The notes below the pieces were generated by a model, which ran no database searches, had not been told where the DNA came from, and saw only the letters and a program-made list of their open reading frames with translations. DNA of 63,856 bases, filler included, from Octopus bimaculoides (taxonomy: Eukaryota): NCBI RefSeq assembly GCF_001194135.2. It is 7 parts of 6 records of this genome, joined end to end, with 100 filler letters (N's around TTAATTAATTAA, not from the genome) between each part and the next. Parts side by side here need not be neighbours in the genome. Positions count along the whole stretch, not along the records: positions 45,688 to 61,574 come from NC_069001.1; positions 61,675 to 63,856 come from NC_068985.1; 5 more parts are not named here. One strand, written 5' to 3'. The translations under genes were made by a program, and so were the position numbers. Shown here piece by piece: positions 49,544 to 62,500 of the stretch (position 1 is its first letter; every line of letters begins with the position of its first letter).

Positions 49544-49800
49544 CATATAAATATACCCATCCATCCATCTATCTATACATACATAATACATACATATATA
49601 AATATACACACACATATATATATATATAGCTATATGCACGTACGTTTACACACATATAAATACATACACACACCTATACACACACACACATATGTGTGTA
49701 TATGTATACATATATATACATATAACATACACACGCATATTTGAATGTGTACACACACACAGATCCACTACACACGTACACATATTAACATAAATATATA

Positions 49801-49883
<83 letters not shown>

Positions 49884-49949
49884 TATCTCTCTCTTTCTGT
49901 CCGTCTGTCTATCTGTCTCTCTAAATATATATATAAATATGTATATATA

Positions 49950-50002
<53 letters not shown>

Positions 50003-50199
50003 ACATACACACCTACATACATATATTTGTGTATGTATGTTTGTGTGTGTACTTGCCCGTACAGCACCATCCATATATAAATGCATGTCCACATCAGTGT
50101 CTTCTTGTATTTATACAATATGTCGGCTTATCAACAAGCCCATTCACCATATTGATTATGGAATCAGAAGAAACTTTACATAAACGCTGCAGCCACTAC

Positions 50200-50590
50200 C
50201 ACCACCACCACCACCAACACCCTCTCCATCACCATCGGCACCACCATCACCATCCTCGTCGTCATCGTCGTCGTCGTCATCTTCATCATAATTCATTATC
50301 ATTACCACAGCCAACATTATAACCATCACCACCACAACAACAACAACAACAACAACATCAGTCAGCTTCATCACTACCACCACCCTCATCACCTCCACAA
50401 ACTCCACCGCCGTCACCACCACCGCCACAACCGTCATTACCTCCATAAACAACCCCCCCACTCCACCATCAACATCGCCACGTCAACCATCACCGCCACA
50501 AACATTACCATCAATCTCCACAACTACCACCACCACCACCACAACCATCATCACCACAGCCACCACCACCACCACCACCACCACCACAAC
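50200..50590. repeat. Degenerate (CAC/CAT/CAA)n low-complexity tract
   Basis: Directly visible. Confidence 0.9.
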
Positions 50591-51093
50591 CTTATACTCT
50601 TTCTCTGCACGTGTAACAATGGGAATTCATGTACCGTTCAGCAAACTCTGGGTACTCTGCTGAATGGTACACACGAGGTGGTAATAATCATTGTAATCGC
50701 CTGCACGTGTGTTTATATGAGGGTGCGTGGACACACGTATGTGCATNNNNNNNNNNNNNNNNNNNNNNNNNNNNNNNNNNNNNNNNNNNNNNNNNNNNNN
50801 NNNNNNNNNNNNNNNNNNNNNNNNNNNNNNNNNNNNNNNNNNNNNNNNNNNNNNNNNNNNNNNNNNNNNNNNNNNNNNNNNNNNNNNNNNNNNNNNNNNN
50901 NNNNNNNNNNNNNNNNNNNNNNNNNNNNNNNNNNNNNNNNNNNNNNNNNNNNNNNNNNNNNNNNNNNNNNNNNNNNNNNNNNNNNNNNNNNNNNNNNNNN
51001 NNNNNNNNNNNNNNNNNNNNNNNNNNNNNNNNNNNNNNNNNNNNNNNNNNNNNNNNNNNNNNNNNNNNNNNNNNNNNNNNNNNNNNNNNNNNN

Positions 51094-51290
51094 GGGGTCG
51101 ATAAATTAAATACCAGTTGAGTAACTGGGGTCGATCTAATCGACTGGTCCCCTCCCCAAAAATTTCGGGCCTTCCGAAAGGATGAAAGGCAAAGTCGACC
51201 TCGGCGGAATTTGAACTCAGAGTGAAGACAGACGTAATACCGCTAAGCATTTTTGCCCGGTGTGCTAACGATGACTGCCAGCTCGTTACC
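51094..51290. mobile_element. Family B SINE halves joined in opposite orientation
   Basis: Plus-strand 3-prime half (51094-51172) abuts a minus-strand 5-prime half (CCGAAAGGATGAAAGGCAAAGTCGACC...CTGCCAGCTCG). Confidence 0.75.
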
Positions 51291-51293
51291 TTC

Positions 51294-51328
<35 letters not shown>

Positions 51329-53079
51329 TAATAATAATAATGATAATGACAATGATAATAATAATAGTTGTCATTAAAAAAATAGCGAAAACGAAGAAAT
51401 TGAAATTTTTCATTTACTGGGTGAATATAGATTTTACCACTCGCAGACATGGAATATTTTAGACACTAATTTATTTAGTGAGAATTAACACCCCCCCATT
51501 CTACAACCACCGCCACCATCACCAACCAACTAACCAGCCAGCCAACTAACCAGCTAGCAAGCAAAATGAAGAAGGCAAAACAAAAGTACAAAAATATTTT
51601 CCATTTTCTCTCTCTCTCCCTCTCTCTCTTATTCTGTCACTCTCTCTCTCTTATTCTGTCACTCTCTCTCTCTCTTACTCTGTCACTCTCTCTCTGTCTG
51701 TCTCTCTCTTGTCTATTTCCTCTCAGATATCGTATTTCTAAAGAATTGGCTTTATCTTGGATTATCTCACTCTAACGTCTACCATTCCAAAAATCGTGTT
51801 CCACAGCTAATTCGATTTCTTTTTAAATAGANNNNNNNNNNNNNNNNNNNNNNNNNNNNNNNNNNNNNNNNNNNNNNNNNNNNNNNNNNNNNNNNNNNNN
51901 NNNNNNNNNNNNNNNNNNNNNNNNNNNNNNNNNNNNNNNNNNNNNNNNNNNNNNNNNNNNNNNNNNNNNNNNNNNNNNNNNNNNNNNNNNNNNNNNNNNN
52001 NNNNNNNNNNNNNNNNNNNNNNNNNNNNNNNNNNNNNNNNNNNNNNNNNNNNNNNNNNNNNNNNNNNNNNNNNNNNNNNNNNNNNNNNNNNNNNNNNNNN
52101 NNNNNNNNNNNNNNNNNNNNNNNNNNNNNNNNNNNNNNNNNNNNNNNNNNNNNNNNNNNNNNNNNNNNNNNNNNNNNNNNNNNNNNNNNNNNNNNNNNNN
52201 NNNNNNNNNNNNNNNNNNNNNNNNNNNNNNNNNNNNNNNNNNNNNNNNNNNNNNNNNNNNNNNNNNNNNNNNAAGCACCACCAGCACCACTACTACCATC
52301 ACCCCTCCTCCACCACCACCACCGATACCACCACCACCACCAACAACAACAACAATACCACTACGACCATCACCACCACCGCCACCACAATCATCAATAC
52401 AACAGTAACCCCCCTCCATCAATAACCTCCCCCATCACCACCACCGCCTCCAGCATATTTACGTATCTTCTGCAGACATTTTAAAATAATTTGTTTTTAA
52501 AAATTTGGTTTCTTTCTTTCTTGCCTTCCTTCTTTCTTTTTTTCTTTCTTTCTTTCAATCTACCTTTCTTTTATTCTCTCGTTTTATTATTATTTTCTAA
52601 ATAATCGATTGGCTTAACGTTCGTTCAGTTTCGCTTTGATTGGTAAGGCATTATTAATCGATATTAAAAAAAAAAGCGGCATCTTTAAGTATACAGCAGT
52701 GACTAATCGATAGACACTTCCACTTAACACAAAGGACTGAGAAGCGAACACGTAGAAAGAACATAGATATTTACGTAAACGTACACACACACACACACAT
52801 ACGCATATACACGCATACACCTCCAATCCCACACATATTTATGTGTGTGTGTGTGTGACCAGGACTTGTAAAATCCCTCTATCGTCTGTACGTTTTTCAT
52901 TTGTTTTCGATCATTTAAATTCTTCCACCGTGGAAGAAGCTCCTTTCTAACCAAGATGCAAAGTTCCGTCGTTGTTGGAATGTAAATAACAGAAACAAGG
53001 TCACATTTCAAAACTTGAGAAAAGTCTTGCAGGGTTTTACTGTTCCGCTTACAGATTGTATTTGTTATATGCGAGTTAC

Positions 53080-53142
53080 CTGGCTGATTTCTTTTTCCGA
53101 AAACCCTAGCTTATTCAGGGCATGTATGCATGGTTGGATGTT
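53080..53142 (-). CDS. Weak candidate 63 nt exon (NIQPCIHALNKLGFSEKEISQ)
   Basis: Good donor CAG/GTAACT, weak AAG acceptor, phase 0 to 0, which is compatible with the 58909 exon. Confidence 0.3.
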
Positions 53143-53168
53143 CTTGTGAATACACATGCATACATACA

Positions 53169-53202
<34 letters not shown>

Positions 53203-53294
53203 CATACATACATACACACACATGCATAAACACACATGGTGGGACTGGGAGGGGATTATCCATTACGAATTGCTAGAACGGAACCAAACGATAA

Positions 53295-53766
53295 AGATGA
53301 TGATGATGATGATGGCGTTCGTGGTAGCAGTGGCAATGATGATAATAATGATGATGATGGTGAAGATGATGATAATGATGATGATGATAACGAAGAAGAT
53401 GATGATGATGATGATGATGATGATGATCATGAGGATGATAACGAGGATGACCACCNNNNNNNNNNNNNNNNNNNNNNNNNNNNNNNNNNNNNNNNNNNNN
53501 NNNNNNNNNNNNNNNNNNNNNNNNNNNNNNNNNNNNNNNNNNNNNNNNNNNNNNNNNNNNNNNNNNNNNNNNNNNNNNNNNNNNNNNNNNNNNNNNNNNN
53601 NNNNNNNNNNNNNTAACGAAGAAGATGATGATGATGATGATGATGATGATGATCATGAGGATGATAACGAGGATGACCACCAACAGCCATTACCACCAAC
53701 ATCATTACGACGACCACCACCACCACTACCACTACCTCTTTCTCCACAACCACCAGCAGCAGTACC

Positions 53767-53798
<32 letters not shown>

Positions 53799-53960
53799 CA
53801 ACAACAATCAACAGCAACGAGAACAACAAGCACCAGAAACACCCACACGACCAAAGCTGCAACCATCACTACGACCACTATCGCCACCAAAATCCCTACC
53901 ACCACCACCTCAAGCGCCACTACCACCATCATCACTACCGAACCTGTTTATGACCACCTC
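53295..53960. repeat. (GAT)n and (CAC/CAA)n low-complexity tract spanning a gap
   Basis: Directly visible. Confidence 0.9.
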
Positions 53961-54280
53961 CTCCTTCTCCTCCTCCAGCCATTTCGTAAAGCAGCTCCAT
54001 AAAGCAGACGACACTCAGTATACGCAGGATGTTGACCGCAGAGAAATAGATTGCGCGCAAAGTGACAAACTTTGCTGCACTAACCACTAAAACGCTGCCA
54101 TAGTTCCACCAACAACCGCCTCAGTATATATAAACGTAAATCTATATCTATATATATGTGTGTGTATGTCAGTCTGTGTGACTGTGTGTCTGTGTGTGTA
54201 CATGTATGCATATATGCAAGGTGGTTGTCTACTCCTTATGCAGAGTCTCACCACCTCTTGTACTTACACCTTAGATCCAT

Positions 54281-54626
54281 CATGGTGGGACTGGGAAGGG
54301 ATTATCCATTACGAATTGCTTGAACGGAACCAAACGGTCAACGCGGAACTCTGTGTTCAACAAATGGAACGACTCAACACGGTTGTTCAAGAGAAAAGAA
54401 CTAATCGGCAGCATGGAGTTCTTCTGCTGCACGACAACGCCCGCCCTCATACAGCCAATATGACCAAGGAAGCCATTCAAACGCATGGCTGGGAAGTGCT
54501 GCCACACCCGCCGTACTCTGCTGATTTGGCACCAACGGATTTCCACCTCTTTCGATCTCTTTCAAATGCTATGCGCGGAGTTTCGTTCAATACTGATGCA
54601 GAATTGAGAGCTTGGTTGGATCAATT
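54281..54626 (+). mobile_element. Mariner (DD34D) transposase catalytic-domain fragment, 3-prime end lost in gap
   Basis: Uninterrupted WWDWEGIIHYELLERNQTVNAELCVQQMERL...LLLHDNARPHTANMTKEAIQTHGWEVLPHPPYSADLAPTDFHLFRSLSNAMRGVSF. Confidence 0.95.
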
Positions 54627-55053
54627 NNNNNNNNNNNNNNNNNNNNNNNNNNNNNNNNNNNNNNNNNNNNNNNNNNNNNNNNNNNNNNNNNNNNNNNNNN
54701 NNNNNNNNNNNNNNNNNNNNNNNNNNNNNNNNNNNNNNNNNNNNNNNNNNNNNNNNNNNNNNNNNNNNNNNNNNNNNNNNNNNNNNNNNNNNNNNNNNNN
54801 NNNNNNNNNNNNNNNNNNNNNNNNNNNNNNNNNNNNNNNNNNNNNNNNNNNNNNNNNNNNNNNNNNNNNNNNNNNNNNNNNNNNNNNNNNNNNNNNNNNN
54901 NNNNNNNNNNNNNNNNNNNNNNNNNNNNNNNNNNNNNNNNNNNNNNNNNNNNNNNNNNNNNNNNNNNNNNNNNNNNNNNNNNNNNNNNNNNNNNNNNNNN
55001 NNNNNNNNNNNNNNNNNNNNNATATATGTATATATGTACGTATATATATATAT

Positions 55054-55140
<87 letters not shown>

Positions 55141-55758
55141 CACGCAATACACACAGAGCGTACTTGTGTATATATGTATTTGACGTATACTTCCCGCTAC
55201 ACATCAGGTAAATATCAGAGGTATTCCCCTGGGTGCTTCAGTTTAAAATCATCCGTACAACGAGTTAATATAGTTCCCTATCTCATTCATTTTCTCTCTT
55301 CCCAATCTCGCCTCGCAACATCTCTATAGTCTCCGTAAACATATCTACGGCATTGCTCCTCTTTGCACTTAAGAGTGTCGCCCATTACCACCTCCCCGCC
55401 ATCCTTCCAAATGTAAAATAAATAAATACATGTTATAACATACATAAAGATCAGTTTCCTTGTTAAGTCGGTGTTGCCACACAAAAACAATTACATCTTT
55501 TTATGCTGGGTTATGTTTCCATATTTATATTCAACGCCCAGTTTAACAATTTTATAAACAATCCGTACCGGATATCTTACTGCATGTGTGTGTGTGTGTG
55601 TGTGTACACACAGACAAACACACGTATGCATACATACGCACATACATACATGTATATATATGTATATATGTATGCATATATGTATGTGTATATATATATA
55701 TGTAATTATATGTAGATAATATAATCTATGTATCTATATATATATGTGCCTGTCTCTC

Positions 55759-55794
<36 letters not shown>

Positions 55795-56164
55795 TCATAT
55801 ATGTGTGTATATATGTATACACGCTTGTGTGTATGTGTATATGTATGTGCATGTTTGGTATATGGTGACCGGAAGTCAAGCACTTGCTGTCGTCGTACCT
55901 TGCAAGTAGACGTGTATACTAATTACTTATAAATTTTAATATATATCATTATACATCATCATATTTACGCACATTAATTATCTACATACTTATATAGGTA
56001 GCCCGACACACACTACACAAAACCAAACCAATAAAGCAGAGGATTATTATCATTACCATCATCATTATAATTATAATTATTATCATAATTAATATTAATA
56101 TTATTGATAACTACGTATTTTCCTTCCCTTTGGTTATGTAATTAGGTGCATGCGTCCATCTAGC

Positions 56165-56500
56165 TATATCTTTCATTGGTTTCAGTCCTTTGACTGTGAC
56201 CGTGCTGGAGAACCGCCTTTAGATACAAATCGATCCTAAAACTTATTCTTTGTAAGCCTAGTACTTATTCGGTCTCTTTTGCCGAACCGCTAAGTTACGG
56301 AGACATGAACACACAAACATCGGCACAGACACACACACATACGACAGGCTTCTTTCAGTTTCCGTCTACCAAATACACTTACAAGACTTTGGTCATCCCG
56401 TGGCTATAGTAGAGGACACTTGCCCAAGGCCTTACGCAGTAGGACTGAACCCGGAGCCAGGTGGTTGCTAAGCAAGCTACTTATCACACAGCCACTCCTG
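56165..56500 (-). mobile_element. SINE family A with internal deletion
   Basis: Tail, central and head segments in reverse complement. Confidence 0.85.
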
Positions 56501-56502
56501 GG

Positions 56503-56536
<34 letters not shown>

Positions 56537-56771
56537 NNNNNNNNNNATGTATATGTAAGTATGTGTGTGTGTATATATACATATATATATATGCATACAT
56601 ACATAATGCCTTTCTGTAGTTGTATGTATATGTAAGTATGTGTGTGTGTATATATACATATATACAGATATATATTTATACACATATATAGATATCTATA
56701 CACACATACAGACACACACATATATGTACATTCATAGATACATGTATATATATATATATTATATATAATAT

Positions 56772-56859
<88 letters not shown>

Positions 56860-57176
56860 ATACGCATTTCGTAGGTATATTCGTGTGTGTATTGCGTTAG
56901 TTTATAAAGTGTATTGTTTTGGGAATTCTCACGTGGAACTTGCTATATACTCAAGTGTATAATCATGTATGGTAGATAAGTTACCTGAATCTTCTAAGAA
57001 GTAATTAGTCTGTTTGGTGCGCAAAATCAGTGCTTCACAAATATTTCGAATTATATAATTATGTAGGAGTCGCGCCTGTTCGCTTTATTCTTACTGACAG
57101 CCCTTTAAAAGCAACACTCTAGACCACATGAAGTTCATCGTGCTGGTTCTATAACTGGCACTTGAAATATATCTAT

Positions 57177-57555
57177 AGTGGAGTCGCAATGGCCCAGTAG
57201 TTAGGGCAGCGGACTCAGGCGTCGTAGGACTGCGATTTCGATTCCCATACCGGGCGTTGTGCGTGTTTATTGATCGAAAACTCCTCAATCTGCACCAGGC
57301 TCCGGCAGGGGATGGTGGCGAACCCTGCTGTACTCTTTCACCACAACTTTCTCTCACACTTTCTTCCTGATTATTTACATGTATTTTAAAGGGCCAGCCA
57401 TGCCACACTGTGTCACGCTGAATCTACCCTGAGAACTACGTTAAGGGTACACGTGTCTGCGGAGTGCTCAGCCACTTGCATGTTAATTTCACGAGCAGAC
57501 TGTTCCGTTGATCGGATCAACTGGAACCCTCGTCGTCGAAACCGATGGAGTGCTA

Positions 57556-57557
<2 letters not shown>
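57177..57557 (+). mobile_element. Full-length SINE family C
   Basis: GGAGTCGCAATGGCCCAGTAGTTAGGGCAGCGGACTC...GGAACCCTCGTCGTC..ACCGA.GGAGTGC. Confidence 0.9.
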
Positions 57558-57593
<36 letters not shown>

Positions 57594-57599
57594 GTATAT

Positions 57600-57750
57600 A
57601 CTTTCATTCTTTTACTCGTTTCAGTCATTTGACTGCAGCCATTCTGGAGCACCGCCTTAAAGGGTTTTTACTCGAAGAAATTGACCCCAGGACTTATTCT
57701 TTGTAAGCGCAGTACTTATTCTATCGGTCTGTTTCGCCGAACCGCTAGGT
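57600..57750 (-). mobile_element. SINE family A 3-prime half
   Basis: TTTCAGTCATTTGACTGC.GCCAT.CTGGAGCACCGCC...GACCCCAGGACTTATTCTTTGTAAG. Confidence 0.85.
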
Positions 57751-58019
57751 CACATGCATATGCATACATCCTTCGTTTGAATTTGTATGTATCCTAGAGT
57801 TTTCCAAGTGAATGATTTCAAGTTTGTTCAAGCGCAGAAATCCTAATGATTCTGGATAGAAATATGGCTGATGAAATGCATACACCTATTATTTTGTTGT
57901 TTCCGCTTGTTGTTGTACATTTACTTCGCCATGATTTTGAATGATACACACACACACAGTTCGCGTTAACAACAATGGTAGATTATTAATATCAACAACA
58001 ACACTTGTCAGGACGTTAA

Positions 58020-58650
58020 TATTGGTTTAGAATTTTGGCACATGGCCAACAATTTCGGGTGATGGGTTTAACCTGTCACATCGGCCTCAGTGTTTAACTG
58101 GTACTTATTTTAACGACCCCAAAAAGGATAGAAAGCAGGGTCGACCTCGACAGATTTAGGACTCAGAACGAAAGACAAACGAAATGCTGTTGAGCATTTT
58201 GCCCGGCGTGCTAACGATTCTGCCAACTCCCGGCCTTATCAGAACGTCAATATTAACAGCAATGATACAACGTTAACGTTAGCAATAATGCTAAAAAGGA
58301 TGAAAGGCAAAGTCGACTTCGGCGGAATTTGAACTCAGAACTTGGAGACAGACGAAATGCCGCTAAGCACTTTGTCCGGCGTGCTAACGATTCTGCCAGC
58401 TCGCCGCCATCTTAATGATAATAATAATACTTTCAAATATATGCACAAGGCCTGAAATTTTTGGGGAGGCGACTAGTCGATTATATCAACCCTAATCTTT
58501 CACTGGTACTTAATTTATCGACCCCGAAAGGATGAAGGGCAAAGTCGACCTTGGCGGAATTTGAACTCAGAACGTAAAGACGGACGAAATGCTGCTAAGC
58601 ATTTTGTCCGGCATGCTAACGATTCTGCCAGCTCACCGCCTTTTTAATGA
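58020..58650 (-). mobile_element. Three stacked family B SINEs
   Basis: AAAGGAT.AA.G.CA..GTCGAC.T.G.C.GA.TTT..ACTCAGAAC...GCTAACGATTCTGCCA.CTC recurs at about 58120-58230, 58297-58405 and 58525-58635. Confidence 0.9.
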
Positions 58651-58908
58651 TAGTAAGAGTAATAATGAAAAACAAATAAAGACGAAACGAAACAATAATA
58701 ATCCAATATTCGCTGAAAGCAAAAAATGCCAAAAAGATAAAACAGAAACCAAATAACAAAATAAATAAATATAAAAATAAATAAATAAGAAATGAAAAGT
58801 AAAATAAAATANNNNNNNNNNNNNNNNNNNNNNNNNNNNNNNNNNNNNNNNNNNNNNNNAAAATAAGACAAAATTTAGATGAAAAGAAAAAAAAGTTAAT
58901 GGACTCAC

Positions 58909-59085
58909 CTGAACATCCTCAAAATTGTTGAAAAGCGATCCCTGTGACGGCATTGTTGAGCAGCGCTTGTTGTCCACTGTTGTGTAGTCCAAACTTCTTG
59001 TCGAAGGCAAAGATTTGGAAACAGAAGAAGAAAAACCACCATTACTGTTAGTCATTTTTACTTCGATATTAACGAATTTTGGCAT
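58909..59085 (-). CDS. Probable first coding exon (MPKFVNIEVKMTNSNGGFSSSVSKSLPSTRSLDYTTVDNKRCSTMPSQGSLFNNFEDVQ), product unknown
   Basis: ATG in AAAATG context, 59 open codons of Ser/Thr-rich protein-like sequence, consensus donor CAG/GTGAGT (phase 0); upstream acceptor TTTTGCTTTGTTTCAAG near 59148 suggests an earlier UTR exon. Confidence 0.6.
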
Positions 59086-60153
59086 TTTATGAATTTATAA
59101 TAAATAAATAAATTAATTAATTAAACAGATCTGTGTATTTTGTCTTGAAACAAAGCAAAACCAAAAAAGAAATTTTCTTATTCTTCAATATTTTTTTTTT
59201 TTTTTTCAGTTATATTTTTTGGAATTTGATTATTTTCTTTTAGTACAAACAATGAAAATATGATTTGTTTATATAATTTGTATATAATTCGATAAAAATT
59301 TCGTGAAAATATCCAGTTAGGAATTATTAATTCTGCAACTGTTTTAATCCGCGATATAACAAGGATATTGTTTGTTTGTTTTTTGTTTTTTTTTTTAAAA
59401 AGAGATGTTTGTGTTTAATATCTTATTGTTTGTTTCTTTTGGGTGTTACGGCTTAGATAAATATTTTATAGAGCAATTGTATCCATGCAGATATCATACT
59501 ACAAAAAATCTCAGGAACTATGGAGTCGACCATCAAAATACACCCACACATAGGCGTTATATACTGATATACGTGAATATCCTTGAATATATAGATATCC
59601 TGGTCAATGTGGTTGTTTATAAGATGGAATTTGTGTATGTGTGTATGTGTGTGTGTGTGTGTATGTGTGTGGGTGTATGTATGTGTGTGTTTACTAGACG
59701 CAAGTGTGCTGATTTTTATCCAATCCAGACGACAATATCGCACCAATTGATACTCTGCGGGATTGTTTTCCTACCATGGGAGACAAACTAGGCGGAGGTA
59801 GATGGATGGAGAGAGATGGAAAGAGAGGGACGGAGAGACTGGATTGAAGGTTAGGTAGGTAGCAAGGTAGAGAGATAGATGGATACATAAATGGATTTAT
59901 AGATCAATGAAAAGATAGATTGATAGATAGGGTTAGTCTGGGACTGGAGTATGGAAAGAGGGGATAAACACAGAGATAAATGGACGAATGGATAGATTGG
60001 CAGATAGACTGGGAGATGGGATGAATGAGAGAAAGGCAGATAGATAGATAGATAGATAGGGAAAGCGTTAGACCAATAGGGAGAGAAACAGAGATGAGAG
60101 AGATTCCAAAAACAAGTAAAGTCAAAGAAAAATGGGGCGTGTGATATGCGAGT

Positions 60154-60200
<47 letters not shown>

Positions 60201-60865
60201 ATATGTATATGTGTAGGAAGAGAGAAGAAACAGAAAGAGAGAAAGGGAAGGAGAGAAGGAGAGAGAGGAATGCTTATTAGTCCGAAATAGATTGAAAAAA
60301 ATATGATGAGAGATAGAAAGAGTAATAGCTGGATAATGGGAGAGAGAAGTAACAGGGATAGAGAGAGAGAGAAGGGGAGAGAGAGAGAGGGGGGCAGAGA
60401 GAGAGAGANNNNNNNNNNNNNNNNNNNNNNNNNNNNNNNNNNNNNNNNNNNNNNNNNNNNNNNNNNNNNNNNNNNNNNNNNNNNNNNNNNNNNNNNNNNN
60501 NNNNNNNNNNNNNNNNNNNNNNNNNNNNNNNNNNNNNNNNNNNNNNNNNNNNNNNNNNNNNNNNNNNNNNNNNNNNNNNNNNNNNNNNNNNNNNNNNNNN
60601 NNNNNNNNNNNNNNNNNNNNNNNNNNNNNNNNNNNNNNNNNNNNNNNNNNNNNNNNNNNNNNNNNNNNNNNNNNNNNNNNNNNNNNNNNNNNNNNNNNNN
60701 NNNNNNNNNNNNNNNNNNNNNNNNNNNNNNNNNNNNNNNNNNNNNNNNNNNNNNNNNNNNNNNNNNNNNNNNNNNNNNNNNNNNNNNNNNNNNNNNNNNN
60801 NNNNNNNNNNNNNNNNNNNNNNNNNNNNNNNNNNNNNNNNNNNNNNNNNNNNNNNNNNNNNNNNN

Positions 60866-60912
<47 letters not shown>

Positions 60913-61226
60913 TATCTTTAAATATAATACGCTAATACGCATGTGCATATGTGTGATGCATGTGCATGTATATGATAATCTATGTGTATAAGTATGAATG
61001 GACGAATGGATGCATGCATGCAAATAGAAACAGACGTTAAACTCGGTGGATATGAAATGAGGTTAAGATTTAAGGAGCTATGTTTATTTATTGTGTCTAT
61101 TCAGAACGAAATGAGCTTATTTGAAGTAAATAATAATTTCCACTTTCTTGTGAACAACACCCACGCTCTTATATAAACGATTTAGAAAAATTAAACATGT
61201 CTTAGTTATGCTATGATTGTATTGTT

Positions 61227-61241
61227 GCTGCCACCTAGCGG
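61227..61241 (-). promoter_or_regulatory. CTCF-like binding motif
   Basis: CCGCTAGGTGGCAGC fits the CC(A/G)(C/G)(C/T)AG(A/G)(G/T)GGC consensus and lies in unique sequence. Confidence 0.5.
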
Positions 61242-61533
61242 TGAGTGGCAAAAAGATATGTTCAAACAATAACTCTATGGGGAACAACTGAGGAGGCATC
61301 GTTGTATACGCCATTTCTAGGCAAACATACCAACATAGATTAGACATACAAAAACAACCAGACATATGTGTATGTATTATGTATGTATGGATGGCTGGAT
61401 GTGTGGAAATATATCTGGATGTATGGATGGTTGCGTGTAGGAATGTACGTATGCCTATGCGTATGTGTGTGTATATTTGTATATATGTATGGTTATATAT
61501 ATATGTATGTATTTATATATATATATATGTATT

Positions 61534-61569
<36 letters not shown>

Positions 61570-61669
61570 TATATNNNNNNNNNNNNNNNNNNNNNNNNNN
61601 NNNNNNNNNNNNNNNNNNTTAATTAATTAANNNNNNNNNNNNNNNNNNNNNNNNNNNNNNNNNNNNNNN

Positions 61670-61674
61670 NNNNN

Positions 61675-61729
<55 letters not shown>

Positions 61730-62106
61730 GAAAGTATCTGTCATTACAGTATCGAAATGGTGTACATATACATCACTCTCTCTCTCTTTCTGTCTCTCTC
61801 TTTCTATTTCTCTATTTCTCTCTTTCTCTCTCTGTGAACGTATCTGTCATTACAGTATCGAAATGTGATTGTTTCAGTTAGTGGAATAGTTTCATTTTTA
61901 AAGTGAAAGTATTTGACATGAGTGTTTTTGTTTCACTTTTGACACGTAATACTTAAATAGTGGAATAGATATTATGTTGCCGTGTGCTCGAACTCTGCGA
62001 GAAGTTAAAAATATTTTTTGACTAAAACACAACTGGAACCCTAAGTAAGGCATGTGTAAAATTTGAATGAAATTGGTTGCGTAGTTCTCGAGTTTTAGGG
62101 ATTCAC

Positions 62107-62158
<52 letters not shown>

Positions 62159-62187
62159 ACGCACATTCTCATTTTTATATATATAGA
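61670..62187 (-). mobile_element. Non-autonomous Helitron-like element, 5-prime end
   Basis: Minus begins A/TCTATATATATAAAAATGAGAATGTG, then (TCTG)n and AAAACTCGAGAACTAC.CAACCAATTT..TTCAAATTT, resembling metazoan Helitron 5-prime termini. 3-prime CTRR end not seen (gap). Confidence 0.6.
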
Positions 62188-62289
62188 TTACAATGGAAGG
62201 TAAGAAAGAGAAATTAATTGAAAAAAGACAGCTAAAAGGAACAAAGATAATAGTAATTACGATGATATGATGGACAGAACATTGGTTTC

Positions 62290-62500
62290 CAATATCGGCA
62301 CGAGGCCAGGAATTATGTGGTAGGAGATAAATCGATTACATCAACCCAGTACTCGACTGGTACTTATTTTATGGACTACGAAAGGTTGAAAGGCAAAGCT
62401 TACACTGGCAGCATTTGAACACAGAACATAGATTCGGAAGAAATCCTGGTGAGTATTTTTCCTGCGTGATAACGATTCCGTCAGCTCACCGCCTTAACGA
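62290..62500 (-). mobile_element. Degenerate SINE family B
   Basis: TCGATTACATCAACCCAGT...CTGGTACTTATTTTAT...GAAAGGCAAAG...GCTCACCGCCTT. Confidence 0.7.

Noticed and set aside
53385-53680. About 70 bp direct repeat on both sides of an N gap
   Set aside because: Identical sequence flanking a gap is most simply an unmerged contig overlap.
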